From: Azolla caroliniana
Lineage: Eukaryota; Plantae; Polypodiophyta
Reading direction: 5' to 3'
NCBI GenBank assembly: GCA_043228905.1
Contig: JBHGNT010000009.1
Location: 4,898,001 to 4,962,000 of the forward strand
DNA length: 64,000 bases
Shown here: positions 52,499-64,000 of the stretch, one piece after another
Position numbering within the stretch: the first letter of the stretch is position 1
How the letters are laid out: every line of letters begins with the position of its first letter
Notes under the pieces: generated by a model
Seen by the model: only the letters and a program-made list of their open reading frames with translations
What the model was told of the DNA's origin: nothing
Databases searched by the model: none
Translations under genes and position numbers: made by a program

Positions 52499-55122
52499 TG
52501 TAATAGTCTTATTTCAAAAGGTTACAATACAAGAATAACACTTTCAACAACAACATGAACTAGGTGACAAAGCCAGTTATATATCAATTGGGCTAGGGCA
52601 ACTACCCTTCAACATATTTACATAATTGTCCTAAACCTAGTATGTCCGAAGTGGGACAGTGTGAATACGACCATTATACACCCATATTTAACACTCCCCC
52701 GTAATGGGCGTATACACTAAGGAGAGGCCTGTAATATAAAACAAGAGATACAAGATATACAACGAGATGCTAGGATAGATCGGATTATTGCCGAATTGGT
52801 AATGGCCGAAATAAACAGAGGCCAAATCGGTTGGTTCAAGAGTAGAATCCGGGTCGGCTGTCCAGGCCGATTGTTCGGAGCTATCATTGTTGTCCGACTT
52901 GATTAGACTGATTTCTCCTTAAGCCCATCTGGTGCGTAAGTGACCGTAATTAGTCCATTGCGACCCACTTAGTCATCCCATCTGATATGTTTTCGTCCAT
53001 GGAGATCTTCTCGAGGCCGAGCTTACCTGAGGTTAAACAGTCCCGAACGAAGTGGTATCGAACGTCGGTGTGCTTCGAGGTGTTGTGGTGGACAGGGTTC
53101 TTCAACAAGGCGACAATACCCTGACTGTTGTTGTAGACAACTGGAGCCGAATTGGGATTGGCTTGTCGAAACGTACACGCTTGCCGACCAAGCCATAAAG
53201 CCTCTTTCTCTGTGTCAGACGCGGATACATATTCAGCTTCGGTGGTGAAAGTGGCCGTGCACCCATGAAGTTTCAACTTCCATGAAATTGCTCCATTACC
53301 GAGTTGAGTCGGTGTTGCCGACTACTCTTGGGTTCTTGTTCGGACTGAAGAGGATGCCAAGGTCTTGTGTGCCTACCAAATATCTGAACACATGCTTGAC
53401 TGCTTTCCAATGTGATCGGCCAGGGTTGTGCATGAATCTGCTAACGACTCCTACGGTGTGAACAATCTTTACATTAAGGAGCCGACTACCGGTGCATACT
53501 ATACTGACTTCATATCTTCCCCCTTCAGACTAGATGTTGGAGAGTCTTGTTGAGACAATCGAAGGTTAATGGGGAGCGGGGTCGAAGCAGATTTGGCCGA
53601 TTGCATGTTCACGAATTCCAGGACACGTTTGATGTAGTCGGCTTGGGACAAAAATGATTGTCGTTGATTCCGAAGCCAACTAATCTTCATGTTCCGAGTA
53701 TGTGTCGAGCCGGACCTAGGTCCTTCATTGCAAACTTGAATTGCAGTTGTTGAACATGATCGACACATACCGGCCAGGAGAGTAGCATGTCGTCCACATA
53801 GAGGATGAGAAAGATGGGAGACCCATCTTGAGTTGTTTTTTAGAAGAGGCAACGGTCCTCATTGCTCTTGGAGAAGTCAATCAATTGTATAAAATCGTCA
53901 AACTTCTTATACCACTGCCGGGGAACCTGCTTCAAGCCATAGAGACTCTTCTTGATTCAACAGACGAGACGTTCACGACCGGTTTTAATAAAGCCTTTCG
54001 GTTGTTCGAGATAGATTTCCTCCTTTAGGTCACCGTGGAGGAATGCCGTCTTCATGGCTAGTTGGATCAACTCCAAATCTTCGGCAACCACTACGTCGAG
54101 TAAGAATTGAAGGGTGGCCATTTTCACCACCAGTGAAAAGATCTTGTCAAAGTTGACGCCATATTGCTATCAGAAACCCTTTGCGACTAATTTGGCTTTG
54201 AATTTGGAACTTGCTGAATTAGATGTCTCTTTGAGTCGATAAATCCACTTGCATTGAAGAGCACGTTGATTTTTTGGCAAGTTGACTAAGGCCCATGTCA
54301 TTTTCACCACTGGTGAAAAGATATTGTCGAAGTCAATGCCATATTGTTGTTAGAAACCCTTTGCGACTAATCTGGCTTTGAATTTGGAACATGCGAAATT
54401 AGACGTCTCTTTGAGTCAATAGACCCAATTGCACGGAAGAGCAGCAGGTTGACTAAGTCCCATGTGTTATTATGCTGAATGGAGTTCATTTCAGACTCCA
54501 TAGCCAGATGCCATGTGGCCGAATCGGCGCATGCCAATGCTTCTTCGTAGGATGTCAGCTCGTCGGGGTCTGTGAAAAAGAGACCATGAGAGTATCTCTC
54601 CTATATCTGAGACAATCGTTCAGATAATCTTGGGACGACTGGGCTCGCCGGATCATCATTGATGATTGTCTCATGAGTAGCCGATCGCTACTTAGGTGCC
54701 TTTCTGAGACAAATGGTTTTGAAGTTTCGGCCGTTGCCATATTTTGATCCATGGAGGCGGCTTGTCATGCTGCCGCTCTCGTATTATGGGCTGGGCCATC
54801 TGAAAATGTGACTCGTCTAACTTCCATCGGTCTTTTGGCCGGCTTGTGCATCTCTAACTTGTTGAAAATAACGTCCAAACTTCAGACGACTTGTCTATTT
54901 TCTGGATCCCAGAGTCGGTAGCTAAATTTTGCCGTCGAATCCATAACTAAAGACAATGCATTTTCTAGACCGCGACTCAAGATTTCAGCGATCATTGTTC
55001 AACAGAAGGGTGAATACTTTGCATCCAAAAATCCGCAACTTCTCATAAGTCGGCCTCTGGCCGGTCCAAAGCTCTTGCAAAATTTTGAAGTCCTAGAGGC
55101 CTACTTGGTGACATGTTGATTA
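52499..55122 (-). mobile_element. Ty1/copia 3' half (integrase end, RT, RNase H, PPT, 3' LTR), interrupted by another copia
   Basis: RNase H TTEAEYV..KEALWL..KHTDVRYHFVRD. RT LYVDD near 53790. PPT (CTCCCCC on plus, 52694-52700) next to the LTR end ...TTTAACA at 52693. About 180 bp of RT is duplicated in tandem (54120-54470). The left LTR boundary is uncertain and may extend to about 52225. Confidence 0.85.
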
Positions 55123-58100
55123 TGTTGAGATTCAGTCCCTCCGGATGGGGACCGGTTGAGCCGGATCGGAGGATCCGGAGGAGGAAGCCGGACCGGATGA
55201 AACCGGAAGGAGTTCAGTCGGATCCGGTATGAACCGTGAAGAGAGACATATTTGTAAATATGTTTCTTATGGGCCGTTGAGGTCACATTTGTAAATAGCT
55301 CGTAAGTTATATAAGTATAAATATAACTAGGGCAAATGGTAATAGAGTTAGTTGTTATAAGATGTATGACTATTATTTTGAGTTGAGTGCTACTATTGTA
55401 TAGACAGAGAGTGAGAGTGAGTGAGAGAGAGAGAGAACAAAAAGTAAGTTTCTATTGTAAACGCTTGTTAGCAAGGTCACAGAGCTAGAGGTCGGTGCCT
55501 CTGAGCTTCACATTATATCTCTCTATTTCATATAATGATTTGGTTCGGAGTTAGAAAACTCTCGTGGTTTTGTCTCCTTGAGGTTTTCCATGTTAATATC
55601 TTGTGTCATCTTATTTTGTGTGCAAGTGTGTATCAATCTACTTGGTTTTTGTTTGTTTCTTCCATTGTGTGTTTGAGACTCGGTTGTGGCTGATCACTAT
55701 TTGTAACAATCTCGTATCAGAGCTTGGTTTCAAGCCTCAATAGAAAATGGAAGATCCATTCGGTGGCATGTTCAAGCTCACCAGCTCCAACTACTCAGTG
55801 TGGATGTCGAAGATGAGGGACATGCTGGTGGTCAAAGATCTCTAACTGCCGATATAGTTTCGAGATGCAAAACTAGACAAAATAGATGCGCCGACCTGGG
55901 AGGTGATGCATATGAAGATGACAACCTACATTCGATGCTTCATCGACATGAGCTTGTACAACAACTTCAATGAAGAGAGTAAGGCTCATGAACTCTAGGA
56001 GAAGATAGGCATCATGTTTCAAAACAAGAATGTTGTAAATCGAGTCTTCTTATTCTGGAAGTTAGTGAGAATCAGATATCAAGACGGCTCTAGCATGGCG
56101 GAACACATGAATGCCTTCCAAGGGCTTATAAATTGAACTACCTCATTGGAGGTACCTCTAGCCGACGAGGTACACGCGTTGTTACTGCTTGGTTCCCTCC
56201 CAGATAGCTGGGAGACGTTAGTCGTCACTTTGGGCAACGCCGGGACGGAAGGTAAACACCTATCCCTAGCGAGAGTAAAATCAAGCTTGCTGGATGAAGA
56301 GGCTCGTCAGAAAGACAAGGAAGTGATCTCCGACTCAAAAGCTCTAGTTATCGAAACCAACACACAACGAGGGAGAGGCCGGAATCAGAGTCCCCAAAAC
56401 TGGGAAAAGTCATGGACGAGGTCAAAGTCAAGGGGGAGGCCCACGTCTTCTATTGTGGGAAGCCATGGCATTTCTAGAAGAACTGCTGACACTTCCTGAA
56501 GGAGAAAGGGGGAGCCGACAATGCCGACTCGAAGAAGGGTCTGGACTGGAAGAGTTTGGATCAGAAAGGAACATCGACAATCACGACAAGTGAAGAAGAA
56601 CTGCCGCTTATTACCAAGGAGAGCGAGCTACACCTTGTAAGTGACGAAACGAAATGCGAGGTCGACTCTAGAGCGTCGTTCCATCTGACCCCTGATCAGA
56701 AGTGCTTTGCATCCTATAGAGCCGGATATCACGACTGTGTGCGGATGGGGAATGAAGGTGCATGCTGAATTGTCGACATAGGAGACGTGTGGCTAGCAAC
56801 GTCAATCGAGTGCAAGTTACTATTGAAAGATGTCTGACACGTTCTGGAGGTTTAGTTGAACCTGATATCAGCTAATCGTGTAGAAGATGAAGGCTACACA
56901 GGCAGCATCCAGAACAGAGTCATGAAGTTCAACAAAGGAAGCTTGATCATGGCCCAAGTCTGAAAGATCATCACCTTGTACCTGATGCATGCCCGGATCT
57001 GTTGGGAGGAATTAAATGTTGCATCTGACACTGTTGGTGAGATGTGGCACATGAGGTTGTGTCACATGAGCCATAAAGGGATGAGAATACTTGCTGAGGA
57101 TAACCTCATTCCGGAGGTGAAAGACGTGTAGCTTGAGAGGTGCACCGATTGTTTGGCCGGCGAGCAGAACCAAACCTCTTTCCGGTCGAGAACACCAAGA
57201 AGATGGAAAGAATCACTCGAGCTCGTGCATACCGATGTATGCCAAGTGGATACGAAGTCACATGCTGGGTTGCAGTACTTCGTGACGTTCATAGATGACC
57301 CCAACCGAAAGTTGTGGGTCTCACCGCTGAAGACAAAGGATCAGGTACTGACTGTCTTCAAGGAGTTCCATGCAAGAGTGGAAAGAGAAACCGGCCGAAA
57401 GCTGAAGGCAGTTCGAGCCGACAATGGTGGAGAGTACCGGGGCAGTTTGAGGAATATTGCCGGTCAAAAGGAATCAGTCTCGAATTTACCGTGCTGAAGA
57501 TGCCGGAGCTGAACGGATTGGCCGAAAGGATGAACCAGACGGTGATGGAGAGAGCCTGAAGCATGCTGGCACATGCTAAGTTGCCCAAGACGTTTAAGCT
57601 GAGGCGCTGATGACGACGACCTATGTGATAAACATATCACCCTCAACACCCTTGGAAAGAAATACACCATAGAGAGTATGGACCAGTAAAGACGTGTCTT
57701 ATCGGCATTTGAGGGCATTCGGTTGTCTTGCCTATGTGCATGTAGCAAAGGACAAGAGAGCAAAATTGAACCCGAAATCCCGACCATGCATATTCCTCGG
57801 GTGATGATGAGTTCAACTATCGAGTATGGGACTTGGTCGACAAGAAGGTCTTTCAGAGCTGGGACATAGTCTTCATGGAAGACAAGACCATTACCGACTA
57901 GGAGTTGGAGAAGAAGATAACGGACTCTGGGTCGAACAACAGAGATCGGTCGAAAGATACAAGGACTGATCTGATCGGATGCCGGACGACACTCGATGAA
58001 CAAGCTAGATTCGGGTGAGAAACTGAGCCAACCGAAGAAGAATTGGACATCGGAACCAGACAAGACCCCAAACGACACCGGAACCAAACAAGACCCCAAA

Positions 58101-59752
58101 TCGGATTCAGATGAAGAATAAACGAAGGAACCGGTTGTCGAAAACCAAGGATGGAGATAGATAGATAGATAGATAGATTATATTATATTATCGTCTTCGA
58201 AGGTCAAATATGACCTATGAGACCAAAAATATCACATCTCACGTGATATGTGTGAAAGTGAGTAGTGACTCTCGATGTTCAAGAACTTTACCAATCAATT
58301 GTGCAATCGAGAGTGCACATTGTGGTTGTGAGAGGAATTCATGCAAGGATTGGGCTCGGTTGAAGAGATGTGGAAAGCATGGTCGAATATGATCAAAGGT
58401 AGAGCATTGTATCAAAGTGTGATACTTAGACTCGCAAACTTGTTTAGGGCAAAGTGTGCATAGCCGACCACTCTCGTAGTGAGCTTCACCACTAGCTGGA
58501 TGAGCCAGCCATACCACATTTTCACCTATCAATCTGTTGCTAATTCTATCGGTATTTAGATTTCCTTTAGTAGAGTCATAAGTGAACAGAAAGGGATTTT
58601 CAAAGAATTTGGTAGTTTGTTTCAAGTTTTATGAAAATATCCTGGTATCTCGCGAAATAACTCATTTTGTGCCAACATCTTGAGGTTTTTCTATAAGCAG
58701 GCTTTTTTTTATTTCCCTCGTAACTCATACTGGTTCTGGTTTAGCGACTTCCGTTGAAACGATATAAATGATGTTTTCTTTATGGTATCTTTGTTTGACC
58801 AACCCCTTATCGTATTTGAACCGATGACTTACGCATTACCATGGCGATCAACCGGTTCATGAGCAATCTGGGAAGAGAACACTAGGCCGTCGTCAAGTGG
58901 ATACTCCGGTACCTAAAAGGCACCTTGAGGTTGTGCCTCCGATTCGGCTCAAGTAAACCCCAACATGAAGGATTCACTGATTCAGACATGTCGGCTGATA
59001 CAGACATCAGTCGGTCTACATCCAGATATGACATTTGCAGGGGGAGCCATATCGTGGCAGTCAAGGCTGTAGAAATGCGTTGCACTAGCGACAATGGAAG
59101 CGGAGTACATGGCGGGCATGGAAGCTGGCAAGGAAATAGTCTGGATGAAGGACTTCCTCATAGAGTTGGGGATCTAACAGGAGGAATACTGGCTCTACTG
59201 TGACAGTCAAAATGCCATGCACCTTGCAAAGAACACAACCTACCACTCCAGGATGAAGCACATCTAGCGTAGATACCATTGGCTTTGGGAGAGAGTAGAA
59301 GATCAAGACTTCACTCTAGTGAAGATCCACACAAAGGAGAACGGGTCGGATATGCTGACAAAGGTGCTGTCAACCGACTAGCTAGACTCGTGCCGGAGAC
59401 AGATTGGGTTAACCAAGACCCCATGTGGGAGTGAAGGGGGAGATTGTTGAGATATCGGTCCCTCCGGATGGGGACCAATCGAGCAGGATCGGAGGATTTG
59501 GAGGAGGAAGCAAAATCGGATGGATCCGAAAGCCGGACTAGATGAAACCGGAAGTAGTTTGGCTGGATCCGGTATGAACCGTGAAGAGAGACAAATTTGT
59601 AAATATGTTCTTATGGGCCGTTGAGGCCACATTTGTAAATAGCCCGTAAGTTATATAAGTATAAATATACCTAGGGAAAATGGTTATAGAGTTAGTTGTT
59701 ATCTGATGTATGATTATTATTTTGAGTTGAGTGCTGCTATTGTATAGAGAGG

Positions 59753-59785
<33 letters not shown>
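55123..59785 (+). mobile_element. Ty1/copia LTR retrotransposon (decayed, RT deleted, 3' LTR interrupted)
   Basis: 5' LTR 55123-55708. PBS TCGTATCAGAGC at 55712-55723. gag from 55747 (LLLLGSLPDSWE), integrase (LELVHTDVC, RADNGGEY, NGLAERMNQT), RNase H 58970-59380, PPT GAAGGGGGAGA. The 3' LTR starts at 59445, matches the 5' LTR, and breaks at the (GA)n tract near 59785. Confidence 0.92.
58156..58510 (-). mobile_element. RTE-like LINE 3' end inserted in the copia
   Basis: RLCTLCPKQVCESKYHTLIQCSTFDHIR (C-terminal CCHC motif of non-LTR ORF2), then a short 3' UTR and a simple-repeat tail (TAATA)n/(TCTA)n. Confidence 0.7.
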
Positions 59786-59789
<4 letters not shown>

Positions 59790-60244
59790 CAAAGCATGCT
59801 ACGGTGTACCAAAAAAGTACCGTTTTTGACCAATAAAAACACGAGTACTTTATAAAAAATATTTTAAAAAAATTGAAAAATTTTATAATCTTTTTAGGGA
59901 GTGGGGTGGGGGTAGTACACATTGCATTTAATGGGGGGAAACAATTGTGAGGTATTCAGGAGTCAGGAGTGATTTGGGGGCTATTTCCCCCTCACTTTTT
60001 ATTTAGCACACCACATTAATTGAATGTGGCGCTTCTCACCATTTTGGCGCATCCCCTTCCTCCTTCCAACCGAGCCCATCTCTGTTTGTCGTTCTCTACA
60101 TCTCAGGTATTCACAACACGCGAATGTCCCCAAGATTTGGGGTCTTGCCATTCCTTATCTACGAATCAAACCTAGGTGGAAATGATCAAGCGTTCTTTGT
60201 GTCACACATCTGAGCCATCTTCGCCTTTCGTCGCTATGTCTTCT

Positions 60245-60905
60245 CCTTCCCTCGGTATGTCTTCTTCTTCCCTCGGTATGTCTTCAAAACTGTTTTTTCA
60301 GAACTGTTTTTTAAGCATTGGTTATTTAAGAATTGTTTTTTAAGGTTTAATATTTATTGATTATCCTTTGAAATGGAAACTTGAGGATTTATTTATGCTG
60401 AAAAGATAATGTCTTCATCATCATCATGATTATTATTGTCAAGTTCTAGATCTTAATAGAATGATAATCTTCCCTCGGTATGTCGTCTCCTTCCCTCGGT
60501 ATGTTTTCAGAACTGTTTTTTAAGCATTGGTTATTTTAGAACTGTTTTTTAAGGTTTCATATTTATTGATTATCCTTTGAAATGGAAACTTGAAGATTTG
60601 TTTATGCTTAAAAGATAATGTCTTCATCATCATTATGATTATTATTGTCAAGTTCTAGATCTTAATACAATGATAATCTTCCCTCGGTATGTCGTCTCCT
60701 TCACTCGGTATGTCTTCAGAACTGTTTTTTCCAGAACAGTTTTTTAAGCATTGGTTATTTCAGAACTGTTTTTTAAGGGTTTATTATTTATTGATTATCC
60801 TTTGAAATGGAAACTTGAAGATTTATTTATGCTGAAAATATTATGTCTTCATCATCATCATGATTAGTATTGTCAATTTCTCGATCTTAATAGAATGATA
60901 ATCTT
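60245..60905. repeat. Tandem repeat, about 210-bp unit, three copies
   Basis: CTTCCCTCGGTATGTC...AGAACTGTTTTTTAAGCATTGGTTATTT...TTATCCTTTGAAATGGAAACTTGA...TCATCATCAT repeated three times. Confidence 0.9.
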
Positions 60906-61094
60906 CTGCCATTGATGTTAGACACTTGTGGATAACACCTGAAACTTGACTTTTATATTAGCCTGTTGGTATGGTTGTCTTTCTTAGTATTGTATTGTTT
61001 TGTTAAAGGAATATATGTGTGTGGTATTATCGTACATGTTTATTCGAAAACTGGTTGATGTGGTTAATTAGGTACTGAAATAACAAAAAATTAG

Positions 61095-62756
61095 GTGCTG
61101 GAATACATGAGAGTGGCAATGGTAGATGTCAAGGAGAGTGACTTGTCATGTAGCAATTCTATGTCTGAGAGGAGCAAGAGACGGGTGGTTCTTCACATAG
61201 TTCGTTATTTACTAGAAGTAATTGAGAGATTTACCAAGGAAGATCGTAGGGATATTATCTCTAGAGTGTTACACCATCAACTTTTGAATGAGTGCATGGA
61301 AAATATTAAGATTAGGGACCAATGTGTTTCAGAGGAGATTGTAGAGTCTATGAAGTCGTCACTACACTTAGTGAAAGGGGTAGAGAGCATAGATAAGCTT
61401 GGCGCAAAAAGAGCATCCCTTCACATGGTTGTAAATGGTACAACCAAAAACAAATATAGTGATACTAAAGTTGCCTTAGCCCTTGGTATTCAAAGAAGAA
61501 ACTTGAGGAAGCATCAGACAAATATACAGTCAAATCAATTTAAGTGGTTGGGGTTAGGCCGTAGACGACGATGTGATGCCTTGTCTCAAGAGATTGTTGA
61601 GAAAGTGGATTCCATTTGGACAAAAAACACTCATGTCTCACTGAATAAAAAAGATGTATGTAGACAACGTATAAGTCGGGGTAGGTACCAAATTCACCCA
61701 AGACACTTCTTGGAGATGACTAAGGTAATTCTTTTGTTTTTATCTATTTGTTTTTAAATATTTTTTGTATTAAAGGATTCTATTAACATTTGTTATTTAT
61801 TGAGTGATGTAGGCGGAATTGTTCATGAACTTCAAAGACCAACATCCTAACATCAATCTTGGATTTCGCAAGTTCCAAGGTTTGAAACTGTTTTTTGTTA
61901 GAAAGTTAAAAGAGAGGAACACATGTTGTTGTGTGTACCACATTAAAATGGACATGTTAAGGCTTGGCCTGAATAGTATGCGTACTGATTCTAAGGGTAT
62001 ACACGGGGATGGGTGTGTTTGCACTTGTGAGATATGTAGACCAAATGGGAGTGATAATAGATGTAATGCACGAAACACGACTTACGCATCAGTTTCTGTG
62101 ATATGGGGGTCTTTTGTTTGTGAAAAACAACCATCATCTGAGTGGCATAATCGTACATGTCTTCTAAGAACATGTAAAGTTTGCCCACAACCACCATTTT
62201 GTAGACAAGACCTTGATGTAGATAACTGTCATATTGTGAAATATTTAGAGTATGTGACAGAAAATATAGGTAAGGGTCTTGTTAGTAAGCGTATCAAGGA
62301 AGTATATAAGGAGACATGTGCTACTACCCTTGTCTCAGAATTTAAGAACCAACTCGAGGAGTTCATTCCACATAACTTTAGGAGTTATTGGCAAAATTCA
62401 CAGTTCAAGGAATGTATAAATAACTTACCACCAAATGTTATAGTATCCGTTATTGACTTTGCAGAGAACTATACGTTTAAAGTTCAAAATGAGGTTCAAT
62501 CAATGCATTGGTATAATGACCAATGTACAATACTTGTACATATTTGCTACTGGAGAAAAGACGTCGAGTTACATAAGAAATCAATATTCTACATTTCAGA
62601 TGATAAAAAGCACGATACACTATTTGTTCAACATTGTTTTAAGCTTCACCATGCAGATTAATTGTCCTTGGATGTTAACTTTAATCGGCATTGGGTTTGG
62701 TTTGATGGTGTTGCCTCACAATTTAAGGCGGCCCGGTCCTTCTACTTCATTGCAAG
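61095..62756 (+). pseudogene. DDD/E transposase pseudogene (exons ~61073-61723 and 61813-62756)
   Basis: RRRRCDAL and WTKNTHVS..KKDV in exon 1; intron GTAATT...ATGTAG at 61724-61812. Cys-rich TCCCVYH, then DFAENYTF..QNEVQSMHW, ISDDKKHD and HWVWFDGVASQFK. In-frame TAA at 62659-62661 and a GT donor after 62756. The Sola2 assignment is from recalled motifs only. Confidence 0.75.
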
Positions 62757-62864
62757 GTGAGGAAATAATCCATATGTTTGGTACTTATAAATGGAAGTCT
62801 ATTTTGGTAATACTCCATAGTACTTAGAAATGTTTGTATAAAATACTGAATGACATGCACCTAG

Positions 62865-63377
62865 ATTCACTAGTACTGATTATGTATCCGTAATTTACAA
62901 CATAGTATTGTCCCCAAAGGTGCACATGTGCAAGTACTAAATTATAACTTAGGATTGCCCCCTCTTAGTAATGTTTGTACTAATGAGTAACTTAGCTATA
63001 ATCAACTTTGTTCGTTAGTACTAATTTATAATTTAGGATTGTTCTCTCTCATTAATACTAATTATTAACTTAGTACTATCCAACCATGTTCATTAGTACT
63101 ATCCATTAACTTAGTACTGTCCAACTTTATTCATTAAGACCAACTTATAACTTAGGACTGTCCATTGTCATGCATTAGTACTAATTAATCACTTAGAACT
63201 GTCCAAGTTTGCTCATTAAGACCAACTTATAACTTAGGACTGTCCGTTGTCATGCACTAGTACTAAATTATAACATAGGATTGCCCCCTCTCAGTAATGT
63301 TTGTACCAATTCATATCTTAGCTATATTCAACTTTGTTCGTTAGTACTAATTTGTTCATTAGTACTATCCATTAACT
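62865..63377. repeat. Degenerate TAGTACTA-rich minisatellite in the transposase intron
   Basis: Many TTAGTACTA / AACTTAG units with higher-order duplications (e.g. 63120-63185 vs 63205-63270). Confidence 0.75.
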
Positions 63378-63633
63378 TGTTAGGAAACAAGTCCCTCCGG
63401 ATGGGAAATGAGAAGAACAGTACTGATGAGCAAACTCGGCCGAGGCCGAAACAGGATTTGGAGTACCCAGCTACGGAAGACTCGGTGAGAACCGGATGAC
63501 AAGTACCCGGCAACGGAAGACCCGGTGAGAATCGGATGTGGTGTACCCGGCAAGCGCCGGATGAGGAGTACGCGGCTACGGAAGACCCGGTGAGAACCGG
63601 ATGAGGAGTACCCGGTGAGAACCGGATGTGGTG
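63378..63633 (+). mobile_element. Copia-LTR-like 5' fragment
   Basis: TGTAGGAAACAAGTCCCTCCGGATGGG shares GTCCCTCCGGATGGG and the AACCGGATG repeats with the LTR starts at 55123 and 59445. Confidence 0.65.
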
Positions 63634-63903
63634 TACCAATGCATTGATTGAACCTCATTTTGAACTTTAAACGTATAGTTCTCTGCAAAGTCAATAACGG
63701 ATACTATAACATTTGGTGGTAAGTTATTTATACATTCCTTGAACTGTGAATTTTGCCAATAACTCCTAAAGTTATGTGGAATGAACTCCTCGAGTTGGTT
63801 CTTAAATTCTGAGACAAGGGTAGTAGCACATGTCTCCTTATATACTTCCTTGATACGCTTACTAACAAGACCCTTACCTATATTTTCTGTCACATACTCT
63901 AAA
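63634..63903 (-). repeat. Inverted duplicate of transposase segment 62244-62513 (270 bp)
   Basis: The reverse complement matches 62244-62513 with no mismatch that I could see. The ORF track shows the same peptide TENIGKG...QSMHWY on both strands. Confidence 0.95.
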
Positions 63904-64000
63904 CTAGAACAATGTCATGATGAGGGTAAACAATAACTTAACATTCCTATCAATTATAGACAACAACCTATATACAATAAACTTATCGTTAGTACTAAAG

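Larger units (their letters stand above)
59784..63377 (+). mobile_element. Intron-containing DNA transposon (probable Sola2-like), left end and transposase
   Basis: Begins GAGGTCAAAGCATGCTACGG where the copia LTR breaks. Three copies of a ~210-bp tandem repeat at 60245-60905, then a transposase pseudogene. The right end is not in the window, so TIR and TSD cannot be verified. Confidence 0.65.

Noticed and set aside
63281-63694. Novel repeat-protein ORFs
   Set aside because: They arise from GAACCGGATG repeats in the LTR fragment and from the inverted transposase copy.

Overview
Repeat-rich, AT-rich land-plant nuclear DNA; a fern or other non-angiosperm origin is my inference only. Three intact, spliced host genes lie on the minus strand: an ARMC8/GID5-like armadillo-repeat gene (4299-8069, 8 coding exons, 654 aa), a PHR1/MYB-CC (GARP) transcription factor (23472-25945, 6 exons) and an NPH3/RPT2-like BTB gene (39744-43263, 4 exons, 722 aa). 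Between them are nested and decayed transposons: several Ty1/copia elements, gypsy fragments, a young 5'-truncated L1-type LINE with a 16-bp TSD, an RTE-like LINE tail, hAT-type MITEs, and at the right end an intron-containing DDD/E DNA transposon (probably Sola2-like). Two signals stand out. First, a 270-bp inverted copy of that transposase's catalytic region, identical as far as I can read, is fused to an LTR fragment; this resembles a Mu-killer-type hairpin locus. Second, five tRNA-like Pol III A/B-box cassettes recur, four with 32-nt spacing, mostly within or beside LTR-like sequences. All family assignments rest on motif recognition; no database search was run.
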